Shown piece after piece: positions 16,991-27,603 of a DNA stretch of 32,000 nt. The notes below the pieces were generated by a model that was given only the letters and a program-made list of their open reading frames with translations, ran no database searches and was not told the origin of the DNA. Numbering within the stretch: position 1 is the stretch's first letter; every line of letters begins with the position of its first letter. The position numbers were made by a program, and so were the translations under genes. Origin of the DNA: Xylella taiwanensis (lineage in GTDB: Bacteria > Pseudomonadota > Gammaproteobacteria > Xanthomonadales > Xanthomonadaceae); contig NZ_CP053627.1 in the NCBI RefSeq assembly GCF_013177435.1, positions 1,410,001 to 1,442,000 on the forward strand. The letters run 5' to 3'.

Positions 16991-18895
16991 ATGTCTGCTC
17001 CCTCTTATTCAGGTGATTGCGCCGCAGTGTCCCCTAAGAACCATCGCGCCATCATACTTTCAGCGATCGGTGTCGTGTTCGGTGATATAGGTACTAGTCC
17101 TCTGTACACATTAAAGGAGGTGTTCTCACCTCACTATGGCTTGACCCCAAACCATGACACGATGTTAGGTATTCTGTCGTTAATCTTTTGGGCACTGATG
17201 TTAGTGGTCACAATTAAGTATGTCACCGTCATTATGCGTGTCGATAATGATGGCGAGGGCGGCATCATGGCGTTGACTGCACTGACTCAGCGCACGATGC
17301 CGTTTAGTACCCGTTCGATCTACGTAGTGGGCATTCTCGGTATCTTTGGTACTTCGTTGTTTTTTGGCGACGGAGTCATTACTCCGGCCATTTCGGTGTT
17401 GTCGGCAGTCGAAGGTTTGGAGGTGGCAGCGCCTCAAATGAAAGCGTTCGTAGTGCCGATTACTCTGGCAGTGTTGATCTTACTCTTCTTATGTCAGCGC
17501 TTTGGTACTGAACGGGTCGGTAAAACATTTGGGCCGATTACTTTGATTTGGTTCATTGCGCTTGGTGTGATCGGTGTATACAACATCGTGCAGGCACCAG
17601 AGGTACTACAGGCGCTCAATCCCTGGTGGGCCCTGCGTTTCTTTTTAGAGCACAACTGGCATGCCATGTTCGTGCTTGGCGCTGTTGTTCTCGCAGTGAC
17701 TGGAGGGGAGGCACTTTATGCGGATATGGGCCATTTTGGCGCTAAAGCAATTCGCCACGCTTGGATCTTTTTTGTGCTACCGATGCTGACTCTTAATTAC
17801 ATGGGGCAGGGTGCATTAGTGCTGAGCAACCCTGCGGTCATCAGTAATCCTTTTTACCAGTCGGTGCCAGACTGGGGTTTGTATCCAATGATTGCGCTCG
17901 CTACTGCCGCTACCGTCATTGCTTCGCAAGCGTTGATCACAGGAGCCTATTCGCTTTCCAGCCAAGCGATGCAACTTGGCTATATACCGCGCATGCATGT
18001 TCGCCATACTTCCCAGTCCACGATTGGGCAAGTGTACGTGCCGGTGGTGAATTGGACTCTGCTGACAATGGTGATCTTAACAGTGATCGGTTTTGGCGAC
18101 TCCACGTCAATGGCGAGTGCCTACGGCGTTTCAGTGACCGGCACAATGTTGATTACTACAATCTTAATGATCATCTATGCCCGAGCTAATCCTCGCGTGC
18201 CGCGTGTGATGCTCTGGATGATGGCAATTCTGTTTATCGCAGTAGATAGTGCGTTCTTCTATGCCAACATCATTAAGTTCATGGACGGTGCCTGGTTTCC
18301 GCTATTACTTGGCGTGGTGATATTCACCTTTATGCGTACTTGGCGTCGTGGCCGCAAGTTGCTATACGAGGAGATACGCAAAGACGGTATTAACTTAGAC
18401 AACTTTCTGCCCGGATTGATGCTGGCCCCGCCGGTAAGGGTACCGGGCACCGCGGTATTCCTAACTGCCGATTCAACAGTAGTACCGCACGCATTGATGC
18501 ACAATCTTAAGCACAACAAGGTGTTGCATGAGCGCAACGTGTTTTTGACCGTGAAAACGTTAAAAATACCCTATGCGACTAGCAGCGAACGGTTCAAGAT
18601 CGATCCGATCAGCAACGGGTTTTATCGAGTCCATGTCCGCTTCGGATTTATGGAAACACCGGATGTGCCAATGGCGCTGATGTGTTCACGGGATAGTGCG
18701 GGAATTGACTTTGATCCGATGGACACGACGTTTTTCGTCAGCCGTGAAACCGTCATTCCTAGTGCTAATCGAGGCATGCCAATCTGGCGCGACAAGTTAT
18801 TCGTATTGATGCACCGTAATGCAGCCCCAGCCAATGCATTCTTCAGAATCCCAGGGAATCGCTTGGTCGAACTTGGTGCACAAGTGGAAATCTGA
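16991..18895 (+). CDS. kup: KUP/HAK/KT-family potassium uptake transporter
   Basis: [19 protein letters not shown] and [13 protein letters not shown], with about 12 hydrophobic segments and a C-terminal cytoplasmic domain. Length is 634 aa. Confidence 0.9.
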   Translation: MSAPSYSGDCAAVSPKNHRAIILSAIGVVFGDIGTSPLYTLKEVFSPHYGLTPNHDTMLGILSLIFWALMLVVTIKYVTVIMRVDNDGEGGIMALTALTQRTMPFSTRSIYVVGILGIFGTSLFFGDGVITPAISVLSAVEGLEVAAPQMKAFVVPITLAVLILLFLCQRFGTERVGKTFGPITLIWFIALGVIGVYNIVQAPEVLQALNPWWALRFFLEHNWHAMFVLGAVVLAVTGGEALYADMGHFGAKAIRHAWIFFVLPMLTLNYMGQGALVLSNPAVISNPFYQSVPDWGLYPMIALATAATVIASQALITGAYSLSSQAMQLGYIPRMHVRHTSQSTIGQVYVPVVNWTLLTMVILTVIGFGDSTSMASAYGVSVTGTMLITTILMIIYARANPRVPRVMLWMMAILFIAVDSAFFYANIIKFMDGAWFPLLLGVVIFTFMRTWRRGRKLLYEEIRKDGINLDNFLPGLMLAPPVRVPGTAVFLTADSTVVPHALMHNLKHNKVLHERNVFLTVKTLKIPYATSSERFKIDPISNGFYRVHVRFGFMETPDVPMALMCSRDSAGIDFDPMDTTFFVSRETVIPSANRGMPIWRDKLFVLMHRNAAPANAFFRIPGNRLVELGAQVEI

Positions 18896-19003
18896 GTGTG
18901 GCGCTCAGCTACGGTTCGCCACGTGGCACATGTATCTCAAGAGTTACTATTTGTTGTCTAGTGTTTCCGATTACCTATTCTCTTAACTTTGCTGCCTCTC
19001 TTC

Positions 19004-20035
19004 ATGGATCGCATTATCGACACCGGAGTTACCCGCGAGGATGAAGCGGTCGACGCCAGTATCCGTCCCAAGCGTTTGGCTGACTACCTTGGTCAACAAC
19101 CGGTGCGTGAGCAGCTGGATATCTATATCCAGGCCACCAAGGCCCGTGCTGAGGCACTGGATCATGTACTCATTTTCGGCCCACCTGGGTTGGGCAAAAC
19201 CACGTTGAGCCATGTCATCGCCAATGAACTCGGGGTCAAACTGCGCGTGACTTCTGGGCCGGTTATTGAGAAGGCTGGAGATCTGGCCGCACTGCTTACC
19301 AATCTACAGCCTTACGATGTGCTGTTCATTGATGAGATTCATCGGCTATCCCCAGTCGTTGAGGAAGTGCTATATCCAGCAATGGAGGACTTCCAGATCG
19401 ATATTATGATTGGCGAAGGTCCGGCTGCGCGGTCAATAAAGATCGACCTGCCGCCATTCACTCTGATCGGCGCTACCACTCGCACAGGGCTGCTAACTGC
19501 ACCGCTGCGCGACCGCTTTGGTATTGTCCAGCGTCTGGAGTTCTATAGTCCCGAGGATCTGGCTAGGATTGTGCGGCGTTCAGCAGGCATCCTCAGTATC
19601 GACTGTACTACGGAAGGATCGGCTGAAATTGCGCGACGTGCACGCGGTACGCCTCGCATTGCTAACCGTTTATTGCGGAGGGTACGCGACTATGCCGAGG
19701 TTAAGGCGATGGGTCGAATTACAATGGAGGTGGCGCAGGCGGCGATGCAGATGCTCAAGGTCGATGCAGCGGGCTTTGATGAATTGGACCGACGCTTGCT
19801 TCACACCATCGTTGAGTATTTCGACGGTGGTCCTGTGGGGATCGAATCGCTCGCTGCTTCGTTGTCAGAGGAGCGTGGTACCCTTGAAGATGTCATTGAA
19901 CCCTACCTAATTCAGCAAGGTTTCTTGGTGCGTACTGCGCGTGGACGTATGGCCACGGATAGAGCCTACCAGCATCTCGGTCTCCTGCCTCGCGAGCGAG
20001 TGTCGGCTCTTAATGATCCAGGAGACTTGTTTTGA
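19004..20035 (+). CDS. ruvB: Holliday junction DNA helicase RuvB
   Basis: [18 protein letters not shown], Walker [11 protein letters not shown], Walker [11 protein letters not shown], and [21 protein letters not shown]. The start is at the ATG at 19004. Confidence 0.92.
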   Translation: MDRIIDTGVTREDEAVDASIRPKRLADYLGQQPVREQLDIYIQATKARAEALDHVLIFGPPGLGKTTLSHVIANELGVKLRVTSGPVIEKAGDLAALLTNLQPYDVLFIDEIHRLSPVVEEVLYPAMEDFQIDIMIGEGPAARSIKIDLPPFTLIGATTRTGLLTAPLRDRFGIVQRLEFYSPEDLARIVRRSAGILSIDCTTEGSAEIARRARGTPRIANRLLRRVRDYAEVKAMGRITMEVAQAAMQMLKVDAAGFDELDRRLLHTIVEYFDGGPVGIESLAASLSEERGTLEDVIEPYLIQQGFLVRTARGRMATDRAYQHLGLLPRERVSALNDPGDLF

Positions 20036-20514
20036 AGTACTACCTTGCCAACAAATCTCCTATCAACACCACTGTTACTCCGGAGTTCAGTTGGCTGACA
20101 CGCGTTTATTGGGAAGATACAGATGCTGGCGGCGTCGTCTACCATGCTCGCTACGTGGCTTTCATTGAACGAGCGCGGACTGAATGGATGCGAGCGATAG
20201 GATACGGACAAGAGCGTTTGCGCCAGGAGTACGATTTGGTGTTCGCGGTGCGTGCCATGCGTCTGGATTTTCTCCGCCCCGCACATCTTGATGATGCACT
20301 GGAAGTGTCTGTGGTGTTGGTCCGCTGTAAGCATGCTAGCTTGTTGTTTGCACAGTCGATTAAGTGCGACGGGAAGGTATTACTGGATGCGGAGGTTCAG
20401 CTTGCAGCGTTGTCGGCAGCACGTTTCCGTCCTTGCGCGATCAACAGTGTGCTATACGACCGATTCAAGTCTTTAGAAATCTCAGAATCTGAATTATCGA
20501 GGAACAACGGATGA
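20032..20514 (+). CDS. ybgC: Tol-Pal-associated acyl-CoA thioesterase YbgC (4HBT fold)
   Basis: [34 protein letters not shown]. The TTG start overlaps the ruvB stop (tTTGA). The stop overlaps the tolQ ATG (ATGA). Confidence 0.8.
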   Translation: MKYYLANKSPINTTVTPEFSWLTRVYWEDTDAGGVVYHARYVAFIERARTEWMRAIGYGQERLRQEYDLVFAVRAMRLDFLRPAHLDDALEVSVVLVRCKHASLLFAQSIKCDGKVLLDAEVQLAALSAARFRPCAINSVLYDRFKSLEISESELSRNNG

Positions 20515-21284
20515 TGACATGGCTCCTGGCCTTACAGGATACGGTGGAAGCGTTGCCGCAAGACATCACCGGCGTAGCAACGCAAGCACTCGTTCGAACT
20601 GCTCATGGCGGGATCAATTATATGGATCTGATGCTAAAAGCCAGTATCCCCGTCAAAATTATTGTGCTGTTGTTGTTGCTTGGCTCATTTACTAGCTGGG
20701 TGATTATTTTTCGCAAGGCGCGAGTATTCAAGCAAGCCAATCGTGAAGCCGATCAGTTTGAAAATCGCTTCTGGTCTGGGACTGATCTCAGCAAACTGTA
20801 TGCCTCCACGAGCAGTCGCAAACATATGGTCAGTGGTCTAGAAGCCATATTTGAGGGCGGCTTCCGCGAATTTACTCGCTTACGGGAGCGTCGTCGGCTT
20901 GATCCGCGTACTCAACTTGAAGGGGCTCAGCGTGTTATGCGTACTAACTTCATGCGTGAGGTGGATCAGCTCGAACGGAATTTGGAGCTACTGGCAAACA
21001 TTGGCTCAACGGCACCTTACGTTGGCTTGGTCGGCACTGTGTTCGGCATCATAGTCACCATGCATGACATGATCAGTAGTGGCAATCAAGCTGGTATTGC
21101 TGCGGTCGCCCCTGGCATTTCAGAAGCGTTGTTTGCTACCGCGATTGGTTTGTTTGTTGCTATTCCGGCAGTGTGGGCTTACAACCGTTTCACTACCCGT
21201 GTCGAACGTCTTTCTGTAAGGTACGAAACTTTTGCAGAGGAGTTCAGCGCTATCCTGCAACGGCAGGCTAGTGTCGACGAATAA
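20511..21284 (+). CDS. tolQ: Tol-Pal system protein TolQ (an alternative start at 20622 would give an E. coli-like N-terminus, MDLMLKAS)
   Basis: MotA/TolQ/ExbB family: LKASIPVKIIVLLLLLGSFTSWVIIFRK, IGSTAPYVGLVGTVFGI and ISEALFATAIGLFVAIPAV. Confidence 0.88.
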   Translation: MMTWLLALQDTVEALPQDITGVATQALVRTAHGGINYMDLMLKASIPVKIIVLLLLLGSFTSWVIIFRKARVFKQANREADQFENRFWSGTDLSKLYASTSSRKHMVSGLEAIFEGGFREFTRLRERRRLDPRTQLEGAQRVMRTNFMREVDQLERNLELLANIGSTAPYVGLVGTVFGIIVTMHDMISSGNQAGIAAVAPGISEALFATAIGLFVAIPAVWAYNRFTTRVERLSVRYETFAEEFSAILQRQASVDE

Positions 21285-21316
21285 CCGTATTCCATACGAC
21301 GCAGGAGCCTGAAAGA

Positions 21317-21760
21317 GTGTTCAGCATTTCTCACCGTAAACGCCGCAAGCTCAAAGCAGAGATTAACGTTGTGCCGTATATCGACGTGATGCTGGTATTG
21401 CTAGTCATTTTTATGGTCACTGCACCGTTATTGACACTCAGCATCAATGTAGACCTGCCAGTTTCAAAAGCTAAGGCACTAGAAAGCAAACAGGATCCGA
21501 TTGTGGTCATCGTGAACGGTGATGATACGTTCGGTTTACAGTTACCCAGAAATAAGTCGTTGGAGAAGATAGATAACGATAAATTACTGAGTAATAGGCT
21601 GGCTGCGATGGTGCTTCAGGACAAGAACGTGCGTGTCGTGGTTGCCGCTGGGAGAAGCGTTGCTTATAAGAATGTGATTACCGCAATGAATGCGATCCAG
21701 GATGCTAAGGTCGAGAAGGTCAGCTTGCTGACTAGACCACCAGGTACCAATGCACACTGA
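21317..21760 (+). CDS. tolR: Tol-Pal system protein TolR (ExbD/TolR family), GTG start
   Basis: KAEINVVPYIDVMLVLLVIFMVTAPLL followed by a periplasmic domain. It lies between tolQ and tolA. Confidence 0.88.
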   Translation: MFSISHRKRRKLKAEINVVPYIDVMLVLLVIFMVTAPLLTLSINVDLPVSKAKALESKQDPIVVIVNGDDTFGLQLPRNKSLEKIDNDKLLSNRLAAMVLQDKNVRVVVAAGRSVAYKNVITAMNAIQDAKVEKVSLLTRPPGTNAH

Positions 21761-22775
21761 CGTACAGCTTGGCCGTTCAAGGCGCCGTGAAGGGGTTGTG
21801 TTCCCAGTGTTGATGGCACTATTGCTACATGCCTTTGTTGCGGGTGTGTTTTTGCTTGCTTGGTTATGGTCGCCCAAACATGAAACGTCTTCTTCTGCTG
21901 CTGATTCACGTATCGAAGCAAGTTTGGATGTATCCGTCACTGATGCCCGCATTGCACGCCAAGCGATAAGTAATGAACCAGCTCAAACTCCTCAACTGAT
22001 ACAAGGGAAGATTCCACAACCAATTTTTGAATCACATCCGCAGAATGCGTTTACCTCACGTCAGACCGAAGCGCAGGAACGCATTACCCAACCTGACAAG
22101 GTTGATCAGGAACAAGTCAATGCTCTAGCCGAATCGCAAGAGAAGGCTAAACGGGAGCAGGAAGCCAAGCGTCGTCAGGAACAGATCGATCTCACTGAGG
22201 AACGCAAACGTCAGGAACAAGCCGAGCAGAAGTTGCGTTTGGCCCGTCAGCAAGAAGAAATCATACAGAAGCAAAAACAGATTGAGGAGCAGGCCCAGAT
22301 CGATCGCCTGAAAAAGTTGACTGAACTCCGCAAACGTCGTGAGCAATTGGAAACGCAGATACAAAACGACGCTAAACAGGCCGAACTGGCTGAGCAAAAG
22401 CTGCGTCAGTTAGCTGCTGAACGTGCCCAACAGCCATCTCCGGTCAACAACACAGGCGGGTCGCAGACTCCTGGGCAGAACGGTGACAATAAAGGGCTGC
22501 GTGATAAGTACAAAGCAGCGATTCAACAGGCAGTGAGTGGGCAGTGGAGTCGTCCACCATCAGTCCCTCTCGGTCAGGAGTGCATGATCCACATTACTCA
22601 GTTACCTGGGGGACGTGTCCTTAGTGCTGAGGTCGCATCTGATTGCCCTTACGACGAGGCTGGACGGCGCTCCATTGAGAGTGCGGTGATGCGTGCGCAA
22701 CCATTACCTTATCGTGGTTTTGAGCCAGTATTTGAGCGTGATGTGTATTTCAAATTTATTCCTGAAGACCACTGA
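21750..22775 (+). CDS. tolA: Tol-Pal system protein TolA
   Basis: An N-terminal TM (VVFPVLMALLLHAFVAGVFLLAW), a long E/K/Q/R-rich helical domain and a TonB/TolA-like C-terminal domain. It overlaps tolR by 11 nt. Confidence 0.85.
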   Translation: MHTDVQLGRSRRREGVVFPVLMALLLHAFVAGVFLLAWLWSPKHETSSSAADSRIEASLDVSVTDARIARQAISNEPAQTPQLIQGKIPQPIFESHPQNAFTSRQTEAQERITQPDKVDQEQVNALAESQEKAKREQEAKRRQEQIDLTEERKRQEQAEQKLRLARQQEEIIQKQKQIEEQAQIDRLKKLTELRKRREQLETQIQNDAKQAELAEQKLRQLAAERAQQPSPVNNTGGSQTPGQNGDNKGLRDKYKAAIQQAVSGQWSRPPSVPLGQECMIHITQLPGGRVLSAEVASDCPYDEAGRRSIESAVMRAQPLPYRGFEPVFERDVYFKFIPEDH

Positions 22776-23240
22776 TTGAGCTTGAGGAACTGTAATGCTT
22801 GTCGCCCCTACAGTGTGCGATTTCGAACAGCACACGTGTGTGCAGAGGGGAGCTTGCTTTGTGTTGTCATGTTTTCATTCTTTGCATGATGCTGCCATCT
22901 AGCTAGATCAAAGTGAGCTCAGAAAGGGCATGTTATTTACGCGACAGGGTCGCCATCCTCTCAAACAATCAAATCTTCGGGCAAGTTGCTTCTGAAGGTA
23001 AAAGTATTGGCACCTGTCTGTCCTATCAAAAACGTAGTGCGATGAGACCGTATTTGAACGCATTCTGCATATACCTAGTGACTGAACTTTCATGTCTCCT
23101 TGTGCCGTTTGTACATCTCGGCCATCATTTCCACTGTTACATTCACGCTGTTGTTGTTAACGATTTCTAAAACATTCACTCTATGGGATCCGTTTTAAAT
23201 TATTCATGCATTGTTTTTCTTCCAAGTTATCGAGTCACCC

Positions 23241-24566
23241 ATGACGAAATTGCCACGCTGGCTGGCCGCATTGGCCGCCTTATTGCTTCCCTTATCAGCT
23301 CTGACGCAACAACAGGGGCTAACAATCGATATCGTTGGTGGTAACTCCGCAGCGACCCCTATTGCAATAGTGCCGATGCCTTATCATGACAGTGTAGGCG
23401 CTCCAGCTACGGATGTTTCGAGTGTTGTTGCTGCTGACTTGAACCGTTCCGGTCAGTTCCGCACGTTGCCACTGGCGCAAATCACTGAGCGCCCGACACA
23501 TGGCAGCGAGATCCGATTTCCGACTTGGCAAGCACTGAAACAGGACTACATCGTGGTTGGTCGTGTTCTTGATGCGAGGCAAGGTACTTACCGTGTCGAG
23601 TACGAACTATTCGATGTTCGTAACGGCAAACGCCTGCTTGGCTTGGCGATGACTGCGCGCTCTAGTGCGATGCGCGACGTCGCACACCAAATGGCTGATG
23701 CAATCTACGAGAAGATTACCGGCACACGTGGCGCATTCTGGACCCGGATCGCCTATGTCACTGCCAGTGGTTCACATGGAGCAATGCGCTATGCACTGAT
23801 GGTTGCTGACTCGGACGGCTATAATCCACAGACCATCGTACGCTCAGCTGAGCCACTGTTGTCACCTGATTGGAGCCCGGATGGTAAGAAACTGGCCTAT
23901 GTTAGCTTCGAGAAAGGTGGTTCTTCAATCTACATTCAGGACATTGCTACCGGTTCTCGCGAATTGGTCTCTAGTTTCCGTGGTATCAATGCTGCTCCCT
24001 CGTTTGCTCCCGATGGTCGCCGGCTAGCCTTATCTTTGTCACGGAGTGGCAATCCTGAAATCTACGTAATGGACTTGGTTAGCAAACAGTTAATTCAGTT
24101 GACCAATAGCTTCGGTATTGATACTGAGCCGGTTTGGTCGTCAGATGGAAAATTTATTTATTTCACCTCTGATCGTGGTGGACGTCCACAGATATACAAA
24201 GTTGCAGCTTCGGGGGGGGGCGCTGCACGTGTGACATTTCAAGGCAATTACAATGCCACCGCCAGCGTTTCCTACGACGACAAGAAGATTGTAGTAGCAC
24301 AAGGAAGCGGTAATACATACCGAATTGCAATGATGGATCAGAGTTCGGGGTCTACGGTATGGAACACTTTATCTACTGGCTCGTTGGACGAATCTCCAAG
24401 CTTTGCTCCGAACGCTAGTATGGTCATTTATGCGGCACGTGAAGGTGATCGTGGCGTACTTTATGCAGTATCCGCTGATGCGCGCGTGCGCCAGCGCCTA
24501 GTATCAGTATCGGCTGATAGTGATGTAAGAGAGCCTGCTTGGGGTCCTTACCGAAGCGTACACTAA
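23241..24566 (+). CDS. tolB: Tol-Pal system beta-propeller protein TolB
   Basis: Signal peptide MTKLPRWLAALAALLLPLSALT. Repeated SPDWSPDGKKLAYVS, APSFAPDGRRLA, EPVWSSDGKFIYFTSDRGG and SPSFAPN blades. Confidence 0.92.
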   Translation: MTKLPRWLAALAALLLPLSALTQQQGLTIDIVGGNSAATPIAIVPMPYHDSVGAPATDVSSVVAADLNRSGQFRTLPLAQITERPTHGSEIRFPTWQALKQDYIVVGRVLDARQGTYRVEYELFDVRNGKRLLGLAMTARSSAMRDVAHQMADAIYEKITGTRGAFWTRIAYVTASGSHGAMRYALMVADSDGYNPQTIVRSAEPLLSPDWSPDGKKLAYVSFEKGGSSIYIQDIATGSRELVSSFRGINAAPSFAPDGRRLALSLSRSGNPEIYVMDLVSKQLIQLTNSFGIDTEPVWSSDGKFIYFTSDRGGRPQIYKVAASGGGAARVTFQGNYNATASVSYDDKKIVVAQGSGNTYRIAMMDQSSGSTVWNTLSTGSLDESPSFAPNASMVIYAAREGDRGVLYAVSADARVRQRLVSVSADSDVREPAWGPYRSVH

Positions 24567-24628
24567 TAATGTTAATATTTTGATGTACTGAACCACTCAT
24601 TGGCGAGGGAGCTACCATAGGTATCGTT

Positions 24629-25162
24629 ATGAACAATTCCACACGTTTTCTCCTAGTGTCATTGCTTTCTACCAGCGCGCTTGTCGCATGTTCGAAGAAA
24701 GTTAAAGAACAGCCGCATGTGCCGGTTAAACCTGTTACACCGCCTGTTTCTACACCTATGACGCCCCCAACCCCAACCCATTCTTCTGGGCTTTACACAG
24801 TGGCTGATCTGGATACCGACGCTTGCCTGCGTCAGCGGGTCGTCTATTTCGACTTCGACAAAGATGATGTGAAACAAGAGTTTCAGACGGTCATGGCTTG
24901 CCATGCCAAATATCTACAAAACCGTCCCTCTGCACGTCTCACCTTGCAAGGTAACACTGACGAACGAGGCTCACGGGAGTATAATATAGCGCTAGGTGAA
25001 CGACGTGCTAAGTCTGTGTCTTACGCATTACAAGCTAATGGTGCTTCATCGGGACAATTGAACGTTGTTAGCTACGGCGAAGAGCGTCCGGTTTGCACTG
25101 AAACAACAGAAAGTTGCTGGTCACGTAACCGTCGCGTTGAAATCGTCTACACAGCGAAGTAA
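24629..25162 (+). CDS. pal: Peptidoglycan-associated lipoprotein Pal (OmpA-like domain)
   Basis: Lipobox LLSTSALVA|C, a Pro-rich linker, then VYFDFDKDDV and GNTDERGSREYNIALGERRA. Confidence 0.92.
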   Translation: MNNSTRFLLVSLLSTSALVACSKKVKEQPHVPVKPVTPPVSTPMTPPTPTHSSGLYTVADLDTDACLRQRVVYFDFDKDDVKQEFQTVMACHAKYLQNRPSARLTLQGNTDERGSREYNIALGERRAKSVSYALQANGASSGQLNVVSYGEERPVCTETTESCWSRNRRVEIVYTAK

Positions 25163-25165
25163 ACC

Positions 25166-25993
25166 ATGCGCTTCTGGGGAGCTATATTTTGTGTCGTCGC
25201 GATGGCCTTGGGGACCGTCGCGCCGACTTTTGCCCAGATGTCCAGTTTGGCTGACCGTGTGACGGCATTAGAGCAGCGTGCTTCTGACCCGCAAGTTAAC
25301 CTAGATCTTATTAATCAAATCAATGATTTGCGTTCGCAGATGCGTCAAATGCAAGGTGCACTCGAAGAGATACAGCATGGGTACGAGCAATTGAAGCAGC
25401 AATCAAAGGATCAGTATCTGGATTTAGACAGTCGCTTAAAACCCATTGAAGGTGGTTCAGTGAAAGTGCTACCTGACGCTCCAGTCAACCCAATCTCTCA
25501 GGTTTCCCCCTCTCACTATAAGCAACCAATTGTAACCAGCGAGCAATCGCCTAAAGTACATGGCGATCCAAGCGCATTGACCATCGGTAACGAGGAGCGC
25601 ACTGCTTACAACGTTGCCTTTGAAGCTTTAAAAAACAGTAAATACGCCGACGCCGCCCAGCTATTCCTGAGTTTCCTACAGATCTACCCGAACGGAGTCT
25701 ATACTCCTAATGCCCTATACTGGCTTGGGGAGAGTTACTATGCAATGCATGATTTCGTCTCTGCCGAAGCTCAGTTTCGCAGCTTACTCAGCCGTTATCC
25801 AACCCACGACAAAGCATCCGGGGGCTTGCTGAAACAGGCCTTATGCCAAGCTAATCAAGGGCACAATACCGATGCAGAGCAGTCATTGGAACAGGTTTTA
25901 TCCCAATATCCTGGTACTGATGCGGCACGTCTAGCTCAGGAACGCTTACAGTCAATTAAGTTAAGTCAATCAATCCGTTCTGAGGAATTGTAG
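25166..25993 (+). CDS. cpoB: Cell division coordinator CpoB (YbgF): coiled coil plus TPR
   Basis: Signal peptide ending TFAQ, an N-terminal coiled coil (LEQRASD...LRSQMRQMQGALEEIQ) and a C-terminal TPR region (YPNGVYTPNALYWLGESYY). It lies 3 nt after pal. Confidence 0.85.
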   Translation: MRFWGAIFCVVAMALGTVAPTFAQMSSLADRVTALEQRASDPQVNLDLINQINDLRSQMRQMQGALEEIQHGYEQLKQQSKDQYLDLDSRLKPIEGGSVKVLPDAPVNPISQVSPSHYKQPIVTSEQSPKVHGDPSALTIGNEERTAYNVAFEALKNSKYADAAQLFLSFLQIYPNGVYTPNALYWLGESYYAMHDFVSAEAQFRSLLSRYPTHDKASGGLLKQALCQANQGHNTDAEQSLEQVLSQYPGTDAARLAQERLQSIKLSQSIRSEEL

Positions 25994-26037
25994 CTCTTGT
26001 CATCGCTTTGAATGGCCAGTGGTATAACAATCTCTTA

Positions 26038-26718
26038 ATGAAGTCCACCAGATCCGGCGAGATCGCTGATTGCGCGCTGCCACAGCTAAAGATCTCCGAG
26101 ATATTTTTATCTCTCCAGGGCGAAGCAAATAGTGTTGGCTGGCCAACAGTATTTGTACGCATGACTGGTTGTCCACTGCGCTGTCAGTACTGCGATACTG
26201 CTTATGCCTTCCACGGCGGTGAGTGGCGCAGTATCGACGATATCGTGACCGAGGTGCGTGGTTACTGCGTGCGTCACGTCTGTGTCACCGGCGGTGAACC
26301 ACTGGCCCAAAAACGCTGCCTGCTGTTGCTGGAGAAATTATGTGATGCCAACTTTGAAGTTTCATTAGAAACTTCAGGTGCACTCGATATTGCCGCGGTT
26401 GATTCACGGGTGTCACGTGTAGTTGACATTAAAACCCCTGGATCTGGAGAAGTGCACCGCAACTACTGGCCCAATCTGACATTGTTAACCCCACACGACC
26501 AAGTCAAGTTTGTGCTATGCAACCGTGCCGATTATGAATGGGCGCGTGCCTGTGTTGCTAAGCATGATCTGGAACGACGTTGTATGGTCTGGTTCTCTCC
26601 AAGCAAACAAGATCTGGCGCCTACTGTGCTCGCTGATTGGATTATTTCTGACCGTCTAGGAGTACGTTTCCAGTTGCAATTGCACAAGTTGTTGTGGAAC
26701 GACGAGCCTGGGCGCTAA
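26038..26718 (+). CDS. queE: 7-carboxy-7-deazaguanine synthase QueE (radical SAM)
   Basis: ISEIFLSLQGEANSVGWPTVFVRMTGCPLRCQYCDT (CX3CX2C) and VCVTGGEPL. I prefer the ATG at 26038 to the TTG at 26008 used by the track. Confidence 0.85.
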   Translation: MKSTRSGEIADCALPQLKISEIFLSLQGEANSVGWPTVFVRMTGCPLRCQYCDTAYAFHGGEWRSIDDIVTEVRGYCVRHVCVTGGEPLAQKRCLLLLEKLCDANFEVSLETSGALDIAAVDSRVSRVVDIKTPGSGEVHRNYWPNLTLLTPHDQVKFVLCNRADYEWARACVAKHDLERRCMVWFSPSKQDLAPTVLADWIISDRLGVRFQLQLHKLLWNDEPGR

Positions 26719-26788
26719 GGCGATTCAATCCTCAAAGGAACAGACTGAATACATACCTATCACAGTTATTGATCGTAAAAATTACTCA

Positions 26789-27538
26789 TTACTTTGCCTT
26801 GCCTTGGTTCGCTACCATTTCGGCGGCATGCTGAGCTACATCCGGATCACCCAGGTAACGGTAACTCACTACCTGTAGGGTATCGTTTAGTTCAAATAGG
26901 AGTGGGATCCCAGTAGGGATATTGACCTTTAGGATTCCCTCCTTGCTTTCTTGATTGAGGTACTTGTACAACGCACGCAATGAGTTGCCGTGGGCGCTAA
27001 TAAGCACCGTCTTGCCGTCATTCAGTTGTGGTGCGATTACATCGCTCCAGTATGGCAGGACTCGCTCGAGTGTATTTTCTAACGATTCGGCAACAGGTAA
27101 TACTTTGCGGTCCAGACCAGCGTAACGGCGATCTCGCATTGGATGATTTGGGTCATCCAGAGCAATCGGCGGTGGCGGTATGTCATAGGAGCGACGCCAA
27201 ATATTGACTTGTTCTTCGCCATACTTAGCGGCAGTCTCTCCTTTATCCAACCCCTGTAGACCACCATAATGACGCTCATTGAGACGCCAGCTTTTATGAA
27301 TCGGCAACCAATCCTGGTCCAGTCCTTTGAGTGCGTCATGTAGTGTGTGGATTGCACGCTTAAGCAAAGAAGTGTGAGAAAAATCAAATTGCAATCCTTC
27401 CTCCTTCATCAAATGACCGGCCATGATGGCTTCTTGATGACCTTGTTCGGTCAGATCTACATCAACCCATCCAGTAAAACGGTTATTTAAGTTCCATTGA
27501 CTCTGTCCATGACGCAGCAATACGAGTTTACGAATCAC
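26789..27538 (-). CDS. gpmA: 2,3-bisphosphoglycerate-dependent phosphoglycerate mutase
   Basis: [40 protein letters not shown] and [14 protein letters not shown] start. Confidence 0.92.
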   Translation of the reverse strand: MIRKLVLLRHGQSQWNLNNRFTGWVDVDLTEQGHQEAIMAGHLMKEEGLQFDFSHTSLLKRAIHTLHDALKGLDQDWLPIHKSWRLNERHYGGLQGLDKGETAAKYGEEQVNIWRRSYDIPPPPIALDDPNHPMRDRRYAGLDRKVLPVAESLENTLERVLPYWSDVIAPQLNDGKTVLISAHGNSLRALYKYLNQESKEGILKVNIPTGIPLLFELNDTLQVVSYRYLGDPDVAQHAAEMVANQGKAK

Positions 27539-27603
27539 GCAGTTCTCCTGAATGGGACGGACGTTTCAAATAGTGATTGTAACGTCAGGTTGAGATTACC
27601 CAC

